Source of the DNA: Octopus sinensis
Taxonomy: Eukaryota
Direction: 5' to 3'
Assembly (NCBI RefSeq): GCF_006345805.1
Contig: NC_043020.1
Span: 27,404,001-27,468,000 of the forward strand
Length of the DNA: 64,000 nucleotides
Position numbers and translations under genes: made by a program
Shown: piece by piece, positions 62,393-64,000 of the stretch
How positions within the stretch are numbered: the stretch's first letter is position 1
Layout of the letters: every line of letters starts with the position of its first letter
The notes under the pieces: model-generated
Seen by the model: the letters and a program-made list of their open reading frames with translations, nothing else
Database searches by the model: none
What the model was told of the DNA's origin: nothing

Positions 62393-62671
62393 CAGGCCTG
62401 AGGGCCGCTTCTATACTAACAGAATTGAAAGCGTTTTACTTTTTCATATTATTACAATAACGAATAAATGATCGCTGATTCAACAGGAAATATTATCGTT
62501 GCAAAAACAGTTGTATCTTTCTTTTTTACTTTTCATTAAAATCTTTAATTTTTGATAAAATTTTCAAAATGTTTGTTTAAATAAACCCTTTTCAAGAAAG
62601 TATCAAGCCGGCCGCAAGATAAAAGTCTGTGGGCTGCATGCATCTTGCGGGCCTCAGGTTGGCCAGCCCTG
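62393..62671. mobile_element. hAT-type MITE with 8-bp TSD
   Basis: gtttagtc duplicated at 62385-62392 and 62672-62679. Right end ...caggttggccagccctg; left end cagg[deleted]cctgagggccgc. Confidence 0.75.
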
Positions 62672-64000
62672 GTTTAGTCAAACATATCGACACAGGCACT
62701 TATTTCTATTGATTTCTACTGCTGAACCAGTAAGTTATGGAACATAAACAAACCAACACCAGTTGCCAAGTAATATGAGTGTGTGGTAAGGAACCTGCTA
62801 AGGCATACTCACAAAAGGTAACACACACACACACAACAGGCTTCCACATAGTTTCCCAAATTCACTCACAAGGCATTGTGTGACAAAGACACGCACATAT
62901 ATATTTCCAATGGGCTTCCACACTGTTTCCACTGACCAAATTCACTCACAAGGCATTGGTCATTCCAACACTTTAGCAGACGTTGCTGGCCCAAGGTGCC
63001 GCACAGTGGGACTGAACCCAGAACCATGTGGTTGCAAAGCCAACTCTGTTTTATTAAAAGTTTTCATAATTTTTAAAAAATCACCTGAAAGAAGAAAGGC
63101 AGCTAAATATTTCCAAAGAAATAAAACCAAAAATAAATAAACAGTTAAATCAATGAAGCATAATGAAAAAAACCCACAAAGAAACCATGAAAAAAGAAAT
63201 TTATTTATTACATTTTTGTACAAAAAAATTATATACATTGTGTAGCACAATTTTTAAATAAATATTTACAAAGAATATTTACAATGTGTGTCAGGTGATC
63301 AGATTGACTTTCACACACCCGCACATATATATATTAACAGGTTTTATGGTTTCTGTACATAATAAACCATGACATGTTCAATGCACACACTTAAGGGATG
63401 TGTATGTAGAGTCTGTTTCTTGTGTTTCTGAAGACTAGATTTAAACCTCTTGTCCAAAGGTTGCACATGGCTGTTGAAGGGGATTGATCTTCAGCCCTTA
63501 CCATCTTTATTGTTACTTCTGTTTAGTATCCATTCAGACAGTGGAGGCGCAATGGCCCAGTGGTTAGGGCAGCGGACTCGCAGTCAGAAGATCACGGTTT
63601 CGATTCCCAGTCTGGGCGTTGTGTGTGTTTATTGAGCGAAAACATCTAAAGCTCCACAAGGCTCCGGCAGGGGCTGATGGTGACCCCTTTTGTACTCTTT
63701 CGCCCCAACTTTCTCTCACTCTTTCTTCCTGTTTCTAGAGGAATGTTGCAATGGACTGGCATCCCGTCCAACTTGAGGAAACTGGGAAACCGGGCCTATG
63801 AGCCTGGCTACGCTTGAAAAGGGCGCATAAATAAATAAATCCATTTAGACAACTAAATGAAAACCAATGGCACAGTTATATTTAGTTACCACTCATACAA
63901 AGGTTTTATTTTCTGGTGTGCTTGCAAAGAGCTGTTGAGTCAAGTGAAGTCGTCATCAAGGCTGATGCCAATAGTGATGGACCGGCACCCATGCTGCTGA

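Overview
Eukaryotic, very repeat-rich genomic DNA. The SINE families, (TA)n/(TACA)n/(GATA)n load and mollusc-type proteins point to an octopod cephalopod (Octopus sp.); this is inferred from recognition, not a search. Almost all ORFs in the supplied track are microsatellite artefacts. I reconstructed three real intron-split genes by hand from splice sites, phases and protein homology. (1) The last four coding exons of ERGIC3 (+, 3340-7903). (2) A complete five-exon FAM8A1 (-, 42673 to 11982, 604 aa) with a strongly low-complexity first exon. (3) The last seven exons of TTC38 (+, 51918-61857), whose final intron is GC-AG and whose 5' half is not visible (100-N gap at 46947-47046). Introns hold tRNA-derived SINEs, RTE, CR1-like and Penelope-like retroelement relics, a full-length but broken DD34D mariner, hAT-type and foldback MITEs, several satellites and two kb-scale tandem duplications that look like assembly under-collapse. 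The most striking unexplained signal is a set of minimal type I hammerhead-ribozyme folds in at least two small non-coding, (TA)n-flanked repeat families. One family is a long palindrome with a ribozyme motif on each strand, and both families show a non-canonical CCGACGA core. Other notable features are a SINE family that repeatedly forms head+(body)n multimers with an identical junction, and a pri-miRNA-like hairpin in unique FAM8A1 intron 1 sequence.
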